The notes beneath the pieces were generated by a model, which searched no databases, had not been told where the DNA came from, and saw only the letters and a list, made by a program, of their open reading frames with translations. Shown here one piece after another: positions 17,465 to 25,944 of a stretch of 64,000 nt of DNA (position 1 is its first letter; each line of letters opens with the position of its first letter). The DNA is from Candidatus Gastranaerophilales bacterium (GTDB lineage Bacteria > Cyanobacteriota > Vampirovibrionia > Gastranaerophilales > Gastranaerophilaceae). The stretch covers positions 66,264 to 130,263 of the forward strand of contig CALUXU010000005.1 of NCBI GenBank assembly GCA_944324825.1, given 5' to 3'. Both the position numbers and the translations under genes were made by a program.

Positions 17465-18004
17465 TTACAAATAAAAATTCCTATAAACTTCATCGATATC
17501 TTCTTGTTCGATGCCGATGTAGCGAAGTGTTACTGATGGCGAAGAGTGGTTAAAGATTTTTTGCAGGAGTACTATATCATTATATTTTTTATAATGATGA
17601 TACCCGAATGTCTTTCTCAATGTATGTGTTCCGATTCTTTCCTTCACCCCAACAGCTTGTGCTGCCTTATTCAAAATTCTATACGCCTGTGCCCTATCCA
17701 GTCTGCAATGTTTTTGTGTATAAAATAGCGGCTGCTCGGGCGGTTTATCTTTTACAAATTCTTCTATCTCCCCCTTCAAAAACCTATTGAGCGGAAATTT
17801 CTTATACTTATTCGTCTTTTTCTCTCTAATTTCAATATAATCTCGGCCCTTTACATCCCCAACATCAAGCGATAATATATCAGATATTCTAAGTCCTGTA
17901 TTTATCCCAAAACTAAAAAGCAGAGCATCTCTTGGCTTTTTTGCCAAATATTTTTTAATCTTTTGAATATCTTCTATCTTTTTTATAGGTTGTACTACAT
18001 TCAT
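17465..18004 (-). CDS. Small tyrosine recombinase (catalytic domain only, 179 aa)
   Basis: GLRISDIL (Arg I), HTLRKTFG (H-x-x-R), NHSSPSVTLRYIG (His/Tyr nucleophile region). It has no N-terminal core-binding domain. Confidence 0.85.
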   Translation of the reverse strand: MNVVQPIKKIEDIQKIKKYLAKKPRDALLFSFGINTGLRISDILSLDVGDVKGRDYIEIREKKTNKYKKFPLNRFLKGEIEEFVKDKPPEQPLFYTQKHCRLDRAQAYRILNKAAQAVGVKERIGTHTLRKTFGYHHYKKYNDIVLLQKIFNHSSPSVTLRYIGIEQEDIDEVYRNFYL

Positions 18005-18073
18005 TTTAAACTCGTCTAATTACAGACAATGATTGCTTCTTCCCTATAAAAAGTAAAGTCTAATGACACAAAA

Positions 18074-18144
18074 TTTAAACACTATTTAAACGATATTTAA
18101 ACAGCGTTCAAAAAGTGTTCAAAAATTTCAGCAATGTTCAGAAT
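18074..18144. promoter_or_regulatory. Phased direct repeats upstream of the recombinase gene
   Basis: TTTAAAC at 18074, 18085 and 18096 (11-bp phase). GTTCAAAAA at 18106 and 18117, and GTTCAGAAT at 18136. Confidence 0.5.
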
Positions 18145-18246
18145 ATACTTCCACCTGCAAAAATCTATTTTATCCTACCTCTATACATTTACCCCCAAAA
18201 TACAACACAACTTCATTTTGTTGCATTTTTCAATTTGTTAAATGTT

Positions 18247-18303
18247 GGATAATATATTATCTAAATATTGACTTTTTAGTAAAAATAGTATAATATATTA
18301 TCC
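18247..18303 (+). promoter_or_regulatory. hipBA promoter with two palindromic operator-like sites
   Basis: GGATAATATATTATCT (18247-18262) and GTATAATATATTATCC (18288-18303) bracket TTGACT (18268-18273) and TATAAT (18289-18294). The half-sites GGATA/TATCC are like HipB operators. Confidence 0.6.
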
Positions 18304-18582
18304 ATGAATGGCTTTTTCTTTAATCCTAAAACTCCTAATGATATAGCGCATGAATTGGTTGAGAAAATTAAGCAGCATCGAAAAAAGCTTAAAATTTCTC
18401 AGGCTCAACTTGCTTCAAAATCGGGTGTCAGCCTTGGTTCTATCAAAAGGTTTGAGTCCAAGTATGAAATTTCTTTGAATTCTTTTATAAAAATTCTAAT
18501 AGCTCTTAATTTAGAGCAGGATTTAGAAAATTTATTCACGCAAAAAAGCTATAACTCAATTGAGGAAGTTATAAATGGATAA
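18304..18582 (+). CDS. hipB: XRE-family HTH antitoxin (HipB-like)
   Basis: HTH KISQAQLASKSGVSLGSIKRFE. It overlaps the start of the HipA-like gene by 8 nt. Confidence 0.8.
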   Translation: MNGFFFNPKTPNDIAHELVEKIKQHRKKLKISQAQLASKSGVSLGSIKRFESKYEISLNSFIKILIALNLEQDLENLFTQKSYNSIEEVING

Positions 18583-19678
18583 ATATAAATATTTAAAAGT
18601 TTTTTATAATGATATTTTAGTTGGTACTCTGGCTAAAACTCCAGATAGAGTTGTTGCCTTTGAATATGATTTAGATTGGTTGAATAATGGGTTTAGCATT
18701 TCACCTTTTAGTTTACCGCTCATCAAGAAAGTTTTTATTCCAAAATATGACCCATTTGGTGGATTATTTGGAGTTTTTAATGGCAGTTTGCCTGATGGTT
18801 GGGGGCGGTTACTTGTTGATAGATTATTTTTGAAAAATAAAATTAATCCTGCTGAAATAGATAATCTTAATCGACTTGCTGTTGTTCAAGAATGTGGCAT
18901 GGGGGCTTTGACTTACAAGCCTGAGCATAAGTTTGAATCAGAAAATAATATTTCGGATTATGATATTCTTGCTCAAGAATGTTCAAAGATATTAGAATCA
19001 CAAAATTCAGAAAATTTGGATGAACTTTTTAAATTAGGTGGCTCATCTGGTGGTGCAAGACCAAAGATTTTGATATCTATTGATAACGAGGATTGGATTA
19101 TTAAGTTTCCATCATCCTCTGATTCTAAAAATATTGGTGAAAAAGAATATCAATATTCCCTATGTGCAAAAGATTGCGGAATAAATATGACAGAAACAAG
19201 GCTTTTTCCTTCTAAAATTTGTTCAGGATATTTTGGGATAAAAAGGTTTGATCGTAAAAACGGTAAGAAAATTCATATGATATCAGCAAGCGGACTTTTA
19301 GAGACAAGTCATAGACTTCCTAATCTTGATTACAATACATTGATGAAATTAACACTTGAACTAACAAGAAACTATCAAGATATTGAACAATTATTCAGGC
19401 TAATGTGCTTTAATGTTTTTGCACACAACAGAGATGACCATTCAAAGAATTTTTCTTTTCTTTTTAATGATACAAAAAAAGAATGGCACATATCTCCTGC
19501 GTACGATTTAACTTACAGTTTTTCATTTAATGGGGAACATGCGACAACAATTAATGGCGAGGGCAAAAATCCGACTTTAGACGATATTCTAGCCGTGGCA
19601 AAAAATATAGGACTCAAGGAAAAATTTGCAAAAGATATTGCATCAGATATTCAAGAAAAGTGCTCGAAATTATTTTAA
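18575..19678 (+). CDS. hipA: HipA-family serine/threonine kinase toxin
   Basis: HipA N-terminal coupling region (VGTLAKTPDRVVAFEYDLDWL), GGSSGGARPK, and catalytic loop HNRDDHSKNFSF. Confidence 0.88.
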   Translation: MDKYKYLKVFYNDILVGTLAKTPDRVVAFEYDLDWLNNGFSISPFSLPLIKKVFIPKYDPFGGLFGVFNGSLPDGWGRLLVDRLFLKNKINPAEIDNLNRLAVVQECGMGALTYKPEHKFESENNISDYDILAQECSKILESQNSENLDELFKLGGSSGGARPKILISIDNEDWIIKFPSSSDSKNIGEKEYQYSLCAKDCGINMTETRLFPSKICSGYFGIKRFDRKNGKKIHMISASGLLETSHRLPNLDYNTLMKLTLELTRNYQDIEQLFRLMCFNVFAHNRDDHSKNFSFLFNDTKKEWHISPAYDLTYSFSFNGEHATTINGEGKNPTLDDILAVAKNIGLKEKFAKDIASDIQEKCSKLF

Positions 19679-19811
19679 TTAATCTCATCTTTTTGTGTAT
19701 TTAATCTTTGAACAGAAGTTTCTTTATACCTCCATTGCCTTAATTTTCGGTTCAACATTTTATCTGTGATTTCACGCAAAACAATACTTAATTGTTTTGC
19801 TGTACGGCAAC

Positions 19812-19831
19812 GGAGTCCTTACTGCGGCCCA
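19812..19831 (+). repeat. Duplicate of the tRNA-Ile 3' tail (putative attR of the island)
   Basis: GGAGTCCTTACTGCGGCCCA compared with the tRNA tail CGAGTCCACTGCGGCCCA. ACTGCGGCCCA matches exactly, and GAGTCC is retained with a 2-nt insertion. Confidence 0.65.
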
Positions 19832-19842
19832 TATTTTGCAAC

Positions 19843-19866
19843 AAGAGCTGTAAAGGCTCTTTTTTA
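19843..19866 (+). terminator. Terminator after the tRNA-tail duplicate (probably the original tRNA-Ile terminator)
   Basis: AAGAGC-TGTAAAG-GCTCTT followed by TTTTT. Confidence 0.6.
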
Positions 19867-20072
19867 GTTGATTTTTTACTGGGTTGAAAAAATAAATGAC
19901 ATCAAATATTTTAAATGAATATTATAATTGTAGGCTTGATATTACTTTAAAGGCAATAGAGGATATGAATAAATATAATTCGGTTGTATGTTCTATTAGC
20001 TATATTTCTTTGCTTGCAATATTAAGTTATACCCGTCAATTTATTAATAATATTAATTCTAATATTATTGTT

Positions 20073-21635
20073 TTAACCTTCTTCCTCTTTAATCCCTTTT
20101 CTTCTCAAGATGCCTGCAAGCTGCATGTATAACTCTCTGTTTTTGGCGGAGGTATCAATATCGCTGGCTTCTTTTATATATGCAAAGGCGTTTTCATATT
20201 GTCCCAATGCCTGATATATTTCTGCCATTTTTACGTACAATCCGGCATTGTTTACGTCCAGTGTAATAGCCTTTTTTAAACTTTCTATTGCAAAATTAAT
20301 GTCGTTCTTCTCAATCAGTGCAAGCGCATTATAATAATAACCTTCATAATGGTTTAAATCCATTTCAATAAGCTCTTGCGCCGTATCAAATAAACCGTCA
20401 AAATCTTTTACGTTATACTGATATTCCGCAAGCAGAACTTTTGAATAATAATAATTCGGATAAACATTAATTAATTCATCAATAATTGGTTTAACTTCTT
20501 CTAATTCCCCGAGTTTTATCATCAAATTACACATAAAAGACTTGTAATCAAAAGATTTTGGGTTAATTTCAGCGGCTTTTTTTATCATCTCTAATGCTTG
20601 TTTGTTCATCTCAAGCCCGGAATAAATTTGAGCTAGTGCATAAACGATTGTTTCATTATCAGGATTTTCTTTCAATAGCTTTTCAAGTTCTGATTTTGCG
20701 GTTGCAAGATCTCCTGTTTGGTACTTAATAAGCATTTTTAATACTTTGCTCTCTAACAAATCTCCGTTTAAATGTGTAAGAGCGTTTTTATAATCACCCT
20801 CCCTATATAATGCATAGCCCAAAGAGTATTGGTAATTGAGATTAGTATTATCAAGGCATATTGCTTTTACAAAATATTTTTTTGCCTCTTCAAGCCAGCC
20901 CTTCAAAAAGTACGCCTGACCCAGATTGAAATTGTATTCCGGATTCTTTGCGTCAAGCTCTACCGCTTGTCTGAAATATTCGACTGCTTCGTCCAGTTTC
21001 ATTTCATCAAGTTTAGCCAAACCCATATAGTTCAATATTTCTATATCTTTCAAATCTTTGTTTTCCAATTTATTTAAAACCTCTTTTGCTTTGTCTGTTT
21101 GTTTTGTCTCAAAATATATTTTACATAATAAATCCAGATGTTTGGTATACCCGGGCTCCGGTTCAATATTCTCAAGAATTTTTATTGCTTCTTCATATTT
21201 TTTTAGTTGATAATATGAAAATGCAATTTCAACCGCTACATCCGGAGATTGTATAAAATCACTAAATCCGGTTGCTTCATTGAATTTGTTTCTGATGTTT
21301 AACAGCTTGACAAATTCGTATAAATCTTCTTGGGATTCAGTGAGTACATATATCTTATTTGCTGTTTTAGATGCATTTTCAAAATCTTTTTGTGCGATAT
21401 AAACATTTCTGGCGGTTATCAGGCTGTTTATATGTGTATCATTGATTTCCAGAGCTTTGTTTGTATAATGTAATGCCCTGTTATAGTTCTTTAAAAGAAA
21501 ATATAAGTTTCCTAATTCCGATAATATTTCGATATTATCGTTTTCTTTTGCAAGCATTTTATAAAACAGTTCAATTGCCTGTTTGTAATACCCTTTTCTT
21601 TTGAGTTCAAAAGCTTCAATCATTAACTGTTTCAT
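20073..21635 (-). CDS. Tetratricopeptide-repeat protein
   Basis: 520 aa of repeated TPR-like 34-residue units (A..Y....L......A...Y..AL.I.P pattern throughout). Confidence 0.8.
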   Translation of the reverse strand: MKQLMIEAFELKRKGYYKQAIELFYKMLAKENDNIEILSELGNLYFLLKNYNRALHYTNKALEINDTHINSLITARNVYIAQKDFENASKTANKIYVLTESQEDLYEFVKLLNIRNKFNEATGFSDFIQSPDVAVEIAFSYYQLKKYEEAIKILENIEPEPGYTKHLDLLCKIYFETKQTDKAKEVLNKLENKDLKDIEILNYMGLAKLDEMKLDEAVEYFRQAVELDAKNPEYNFNLGQAYFLKGWLEEAKKYFVKAICLDNTNLNYQYSLGYALYREGDYKNALTHLNGDLLESKVLKMLIKYQTGDLATAKSELEKLLKENPDNETIVYALAQIYSGLEMNKQALEMIKKAAEINPKSFDYKSFMCNLMIKLGELEEVKPIIDELINVYPNYYYSKVLLAEYQYNVKDFDGLFDTAQELIEMDLNHYEGYYYNALALIEKNDINFAIESLKKAITLDVNNAGLYVKMAEIYQALGQYENAFAYIKEASDIDTSAKNRELYMQLAGILRRKGIKEEEG

Positions 21636-22041
21636 TGTCTTGTATCTCTTCTTTTTTATTTTTTAACAAATGCTTTTTTTTAGGCGGTGCTTCTTTTTTT
21701 GAATTTACGATAATCAAAACTTCGTCTTTGCTTGCCATTTTTAAATTATTTCTCGCAATTGATTCAAGCGTTGCAACAGATGAAAAGTTTTTTATATCTT
21801 TTTTCAATTCAATATTTCTAAGTTCGGCCTCTTCTTCAGTTTTTGCGATTGTTGCAATTTTTTGTCTGTATGCAAAAATCTTAGAAATATTTAAAATCGC
21901 ACTAAAAGATATTTGTGCAAGACACAAAAGCAAAATAATAGTCAAAAATGAGTAATAGAACTGAGTATGACTATTTCTTTTGGCATTTCTTTTTTTTGTA
22001 ATTGCTGCTAATTTTTTGCTTTTTGATATTTTTTTCTTCAT
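21616..22041 (-). CDS. Septum formation initiator (FtsB/DivIC-like) protein
   Basis: Basic N-terminus, one TM helix (FYYSFLTIILLLCLAQISF), a coiled coil, then TLESIARNNLKMASKDEVLIIV, typical of DivIC/FtsB. Confidence 0.6.
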   Translation of the reverse strand: MKKKISKSKKLAAITKKRNAKRNSHTQFYYSFLTIILLLCLAQISFSAILNISKIFAYRQKIATIAKTEEEAELRNIELKKDIKNFSSVATLESIARNNLKMASKDEVLIIVNSKKEAPPKKKHLLKNKKEEIQDNETVND

Positions 22042-22076
22042 AGTTTTAAATTAATTATATACGTATTTACTATGAA

Positions 22077-22817
22077 TTACAACTTAAATTTAGTAGTAAA
22101 TTCAACAGAAGATGAATTTCCGCCTCCGTTTTCGTAGAAGGATTGCGAGAGTCCGAGTTCAAATCTAAGGCTGTCAATATACCTTTTAAGCTGCGGTGTA
22201 TAAATCAATGATATCTGGTTTTTCTTCAAGGGAGCCGCCATATATGTTTTTAGGGTATCTCTGATAGCAAGAGATTTTGTTAATTTTATTTCCGGGGAGA
22301 TTCCGAGCATACTTTGATAAGCCCCGTTAATGGATTGAGAATCTGTGCTATAGGTGCTTGTAATCGCATATTTTTTGCCGTCATATCTTGTGAACCAGCT
22401 TGTAGAATATGTCATCTGAGCACTGTCCATAGAGGCTCCATAGTATGTTCCGTATGAAAAGTTTCCCGCTTGTTCTTGTAAAGTATTAAATATCGGAGAA
22501 ATATAATATTCTTCTCCAGTTAATTTTGATGCATTTGCAAGAGCACTTCTGGAACGTAGTCTGGAATCTGATATTGTCGGAGTATAAACCGGCAGAATTG
22601 TATTTGGCGGTTTGATATTTAATGTCGGCCGTTCTATTGTTTTATCAAGATACACCGTTCCGTCATCGTTGAATTCAACTTCACCTTTCAAAGGCTCGGT
22701 TGGTGTCTGCGGAATAATGTCCGGATTTGTTAGTAATGAATCATGAACTTCTGCATCTGTTGCGAATACGGGAGTTTGTAATAATAATATAATTATTAAA
22801 ACAAGTACTTTTTTCAT
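22077..22817 (-). CDS. Secreted or outer-membrane hypothetical protein
   Basis: Signal peptide MKKVLVLIIILLLQTPVFA. The C-terminal half is rich in beta-strand-like alternating residues. Confidence 0.6.
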   Translation of the reverse strand: MKKVLVLIIILLLQTPVFATDAEVHDSLLTNPDIIPQTPTEPLKGEVEFNDDGTVYLDKTIERPTLNIKPPNTILPVYTPTISDSRLRSRSALANASKLTGEEYYISPIFNTLQEQAGNFSYGTYYGASMDSAQMTYSTSWFTRYDGKKYAITSTYSTDSQSINGAYQSMLGISPEIKLTKSLAIRDTLKTYMAAPLKKNQISLIYTPQLKRYIDSLRFELGLSQSFYENGGGNSSSVEFTTKFKL

Positions 22818-22871
22818 ATCCTTATTTTAGTTCACAAACAGCTATTTTTCAATAAAAAGGGTAAAAATAAA

Positions 22872-22943
22872 AGGCGACACCCAGATTCGAACTGGGGAAT
22901 AAAAGCTTTGCAGGCTTCTGCCTTACCACTTGGCCATGTCGCC
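22872..22943 (-). tRNA. tRNA-Cys (anticodon GCA)
   Basis: The reverse complement reads GGCGACATGGCCAAGTGGTAAGGCAGAAGCCTGCAAAGCTTTTATTCCCCAGTTCGAATCTGGGTGTCGCCT. Anticodon loop CTGCAAA, T loop TTCGAAT. Confidence 0.92.
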
Positions 22944-23351
22944 ATTTCATTATTATGTTATGTAAGATATGAATAAATGTCAAGTCGGAGAGTTGGTGAC
23001 TTTACAAATTTGAATTTTTGGTTTATTCTTTATTCTATGATGAGAAATTTACGACGATTAGTATATAAATTTTAGGGCTTGTTTTTATTAAAAAACATCT
23101 TAATTTTTATGTGCTGATAAAAACAAGACCTAATGAGGGTCTTATTTTTTTGTAAAATTTTATTAATTATAAAGTGTAAAAAGGTAAATTTTTATTTTTT
23201 GTGGACTTAATAAAAAAGGAAGGTTAATTATATGAAGATGAATATGAATATCCGACGAAGAATTACTATAAAGGCGAATGCTCCAATCGTCGAACTTATG
23301 AACTTAATTTGGGGCTTGTAGTACACAGGCTAATATAGTAAGGAAAAGGAA

Positions 23352-24779
23352 ATGATATCACCGGCAAAATTATATTCAGTTTTAGGGAATCCTAAATCTC
23401 TTGCCCCGTTGGGCGTAAAAGACAGCGCCAACTGTTTGGGGTTAACCACGGCTTCATATATTACAGGGAAGAAAGAGGAAGCACAAGATAGATTTATTGA
23501 TGAAGCAGGAACGGAAGTTATCTGGCTTGGTGCTATTCCTGCTTTTAAGTGGGGAATAGACAAGACTTTATTTAAAGTATCTGGTTATGATCCGAAATAT
23601 GATATAAGAAATTTGGATAATAAAGATATTTTTGAAAAAACTAAAAAGTATGCACCAACCGAAAAAATTGCGAAAAATATTGAGAAAATAGGCCAAAATG
23701 CTAAAACTTACAGGGCGCTTAATTTTGTAAAAGTTGCTGCTGCAACGGTTTTGGCGTTAGTTTCTTATGATGTATTGACCAATAAAAAACAAAAGTATAC
23801 TGACAAAAAAGTTGAACAAAGAATCAGAGCACAAATGCAGCAAAATGAAAAGAATAACCAAAATGTTATTGATAAAAAAATCAATAAGACAGCATTTTCT
23901 GCGCTTAAAAAACATAATAATAACCTTTCATTCAAGGGTGGGCTTACGGATTTTGTTCTCGATCCGGTTAAAAACATGTACGTATTAGACGGCGGTATCA
24001 CAGGTCAACGGCTTATAAAATCAAGAGATCCGCAAGAATTTATGGGATACGTAATAAAAGAGGGCGGTTTCCTTGTATTCATGTATTGCCTTGGTCAAAA
24101 AATTCAAGATTACATGATTAACAGAGCGGATAAAAAGCATAATAAATCTATCGCTCTGGATTCAAGAGTTTTGGAAGATGACAAGTTCAAAAACCTCTTC
24201 AAAACCGGCGAAATTGAACAAAGCTTGAAGGAATTCCCGAAATATGAACTTAATGATAATACACCAAAAGGCTTTATTAATTCTATTAAGAACTTCTTTA
24301 ACCCTCCAAAACCTACGGCTGAGATGATGGCAAAAGATGCGGAATTGTATGAATATATTCACAACAATCCGGATAATGCTGTTGTTAAAGCGGCTAAAAA
24401 ATCTGATATTATTGAAAACTACAAGGTTAAACAAAACGGAATTTTAGGTTTCTTTAAAAAGAGAATTGATACAGGCAAAATTGATACAAGAAAATATGTC
24501 GATATGAATTCTTTGAAAGAAACTCACAGTAATATTTCTAAATTGTATAACCAATTCAAAAACTCAGGAGAAGATATTGATACCTTCTTTAAAGGTGTAA
24601 GAAAATTGAAACGGAATGCAATAAAAACAAACATGTTCTCTTCAATGATTGCATTGGGTGTTATTTTGCCCGGGCTTATGCTTGCGAAACGGGTACTTTC
24701 AAATGACACGGAATTTGCAACAACTAAAAGAATAAGAGAAAAACTTGAAAATGAAAAAAAATTGCATGTTCAAAAGTAA
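23352..24779 (+). CDS. Hypothetical membrane protein (475 aa)
   Basis: Long ORF with RBS AAGGAAAAGGAA. Hydrophobic segments include VAAATVLALVSY, GGFLVFMYCLG and MFSSMIALGVILPGLMLA. I recognise no family. Confidence 0.65.
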   Translation: MISPAKLYSVLGNPKSLAPLGVKDSANCLGLTTASYITGKKEEAQDRFIDEAGTEVIWLGAIPAFKWGIDKTLFKVSGYDPKYDIRNLDNKDIFEKTKKYAPTEKIAKNIEKIGQNAKTYRALNFVKVAAATVLALVSYDVLTNKKQKYTDKKVEQRIRAQMQQNEKNNQNVIDKKINKTAFSALKKHNNNLSFKGGLTDFVLDPVKNMYVLDGGITGQRLIKSRDPQEFMGYVIKEGGFLVFMYCLGQKIQDYMINRADKKHNKSIALDSRVLEDDKFKNLFKTGEIEQSLKEFPKYELNDNTPKGFINSIKNFFNPPKPTAEMMAKDAELYEYIHNNPDNAVVKAAKKSDIIENYKVKQNGILGFFKKRIDTGKIDTRKYVDMNSLKETHSNISKLYNQFKNSGEDIDTFFKGVRKLKRNAIKTNMFSSMIALGVILPGLMLAKRVLSNDTEFATTKRIREKLENEKKLHVQK

Positions 24780-24843
24780 AGAATATGTAAAGAAAGTTTG
24801 TTTGTTTTTTTATTCATAGTATACTATTAAAAAAGGAATTTTT

Positions 24844-25944
24844 ATGGACTACGTTAATTATAAAAAAAATGAATTAAGGAAAGTGAAAGTATCTGATATC
24901 AACATTTCTTGTCCTGATTTGAAAAACACAAATAAGGCTCAAACGATTGCTGATTGGCTTACATCGTGGATTAAGGAGAATAAAATATCTGATACTCTTC
25001 TTCCGACTAAGGCCGAATTTGCATATTCTCTTGGGGTAAGTTTGGGGACTGTTCAGAATGTATTTAAGATTCTGGAGGATAGAGGCTGCATACTTTTAAA
25101 ACAGCGAATTGGCGCAATTGTAAAAGAAATGTCCGGGGAGCAGGTTATCAGGAAGCAAACAACGAAAACGGATATGGCGGTTGAAGTTATAAAGGATTAT
25201 ATTTTGACCTCCGGCATGCAATTAGGTGAGAGATTTGTTTCTGCCAGAAAATTATCAAAAATTACTGAAATACCTTTGAATACGGTTCGTCTATCCGTAA
25301 ACAAACTGACAAATGACGGGATATTGAGATTAACAGAGGATGGTTTGATTTTGAATAATATTGATTTTGAAGTAAATAAGAGTATGTCATCAGAAACTTT
25401 GGTTAACAAAGTGAAACTGGATTTGAAAAAATATATTTCCGAAAATTTTAAAATAGGAGAAAAACTTCCTCCGCATTCAACTCTTGCGGAAAAGTTTAAG
25501 GTCAGTGTTAAAACTATTCATAATGCTATAAAACTGCTTGAAAAAGATGAAATGGTATTATCAAGACGCGGAACTTACGGAACGATAGTTATTAATACTT
25601 CTATGAATTCTGCGTTTGAACCTAAACGCGAAATGTCAATTTTTGCTTCTGCACAGGATACGGCATTTTATCATTACGAAAAAACACAAAACCGTATAAA
25701 GAAAATTATTTCCGAGAATTATAGTATTGGCTCTAAACTTCCGTCAATCAGAGAGTTTTCCGAAAGTTTAGATTTGAGTCCGAATACAATTAGAAAAGCA
25801 TTAAATAATCTGGCAAAAGAGGGAATACTTCGTTTCTCCCGCGGCAGATACGGCGGTACATTTGTTATAGATATGCCTGATGTTGAAGAGCAAACATTCA
25901 GATGGCTTGCAGTAAATCCTCGTTATGCACAGAAAGCGAATTAA
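24844..25944 (+). CDS. Protein made of four tandem GntR-type winged-helix domains
   Basis: Four segments match the GntR wHTH pattern: LPTKAEFAYSLGVSLGTVQNVFKILEDRGCILLKQRIGAIV; VSARKLSKITEIPLNTVRLSVNKLTNDGILRL; LPPHSTLAEKFKVSVKTIHNAIKLLEKDEMVLSRRGTYGTIV; LPSIREFSESLDLSPNTIRKALNNLAKEGILRFSRGRYGGTFV. Confidence 0.75.
   Translation: MDYVNYKKNELRKVKVSDINISCPDLKNTNKAQTIADWLTSWIKENKISDTLLPTKAEFAYSLGVSLGTVQNVFKILEDRGCILLKQRIGAIVKEMSGEQVIRKQTTKTDMAVEVIKDYILTSGMQLGERFVSARKLSKITEIPLNTVRLSVNKLTNDGILRLTEDGLILNNIDFEVNKSMSSETLVNKVKLDLKKYISENFKIGEKLPPHSTLAEKFKVSVKTIHNAIKLLEKDEMVLSRRGTYGTIVINTSMNSAFEPKREMSIFASAQDTAFYHYEKTQNRIKKIISENYSIGSKLPSIREFSESLDLSPNTIRKALNNLAKEGILRFSRGRYGGTFVIDMPDVEEQTFRWLAVNPRYAQKAN

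Larger units (their letters stand above)
787..19831. mobile_element. ~19-kb genomic (defence/mobility) island integrated at the 3' end of tRNA-Ile
   Basis: The tRNA-Ile tail GAGTCCACTGCGGCCCA (ends at 786) recurs as GGAGTCCTTACTGCGGCCCA at 19812-19831, followed by its own terminator. The interval holds transposase, recombinase, R-M, RT, nuclease and TA genes and no housekeeping genes. Confidence 0.65.

Noticed and set aside
19896-20132. 78-aa plus-strand ORF
   Set aside because: It has no RBS, overlaps the 3' end of the convergent TPR gene by 60 nt, and has a low-complexity sequence. I cannot exclude it but cannot support it.
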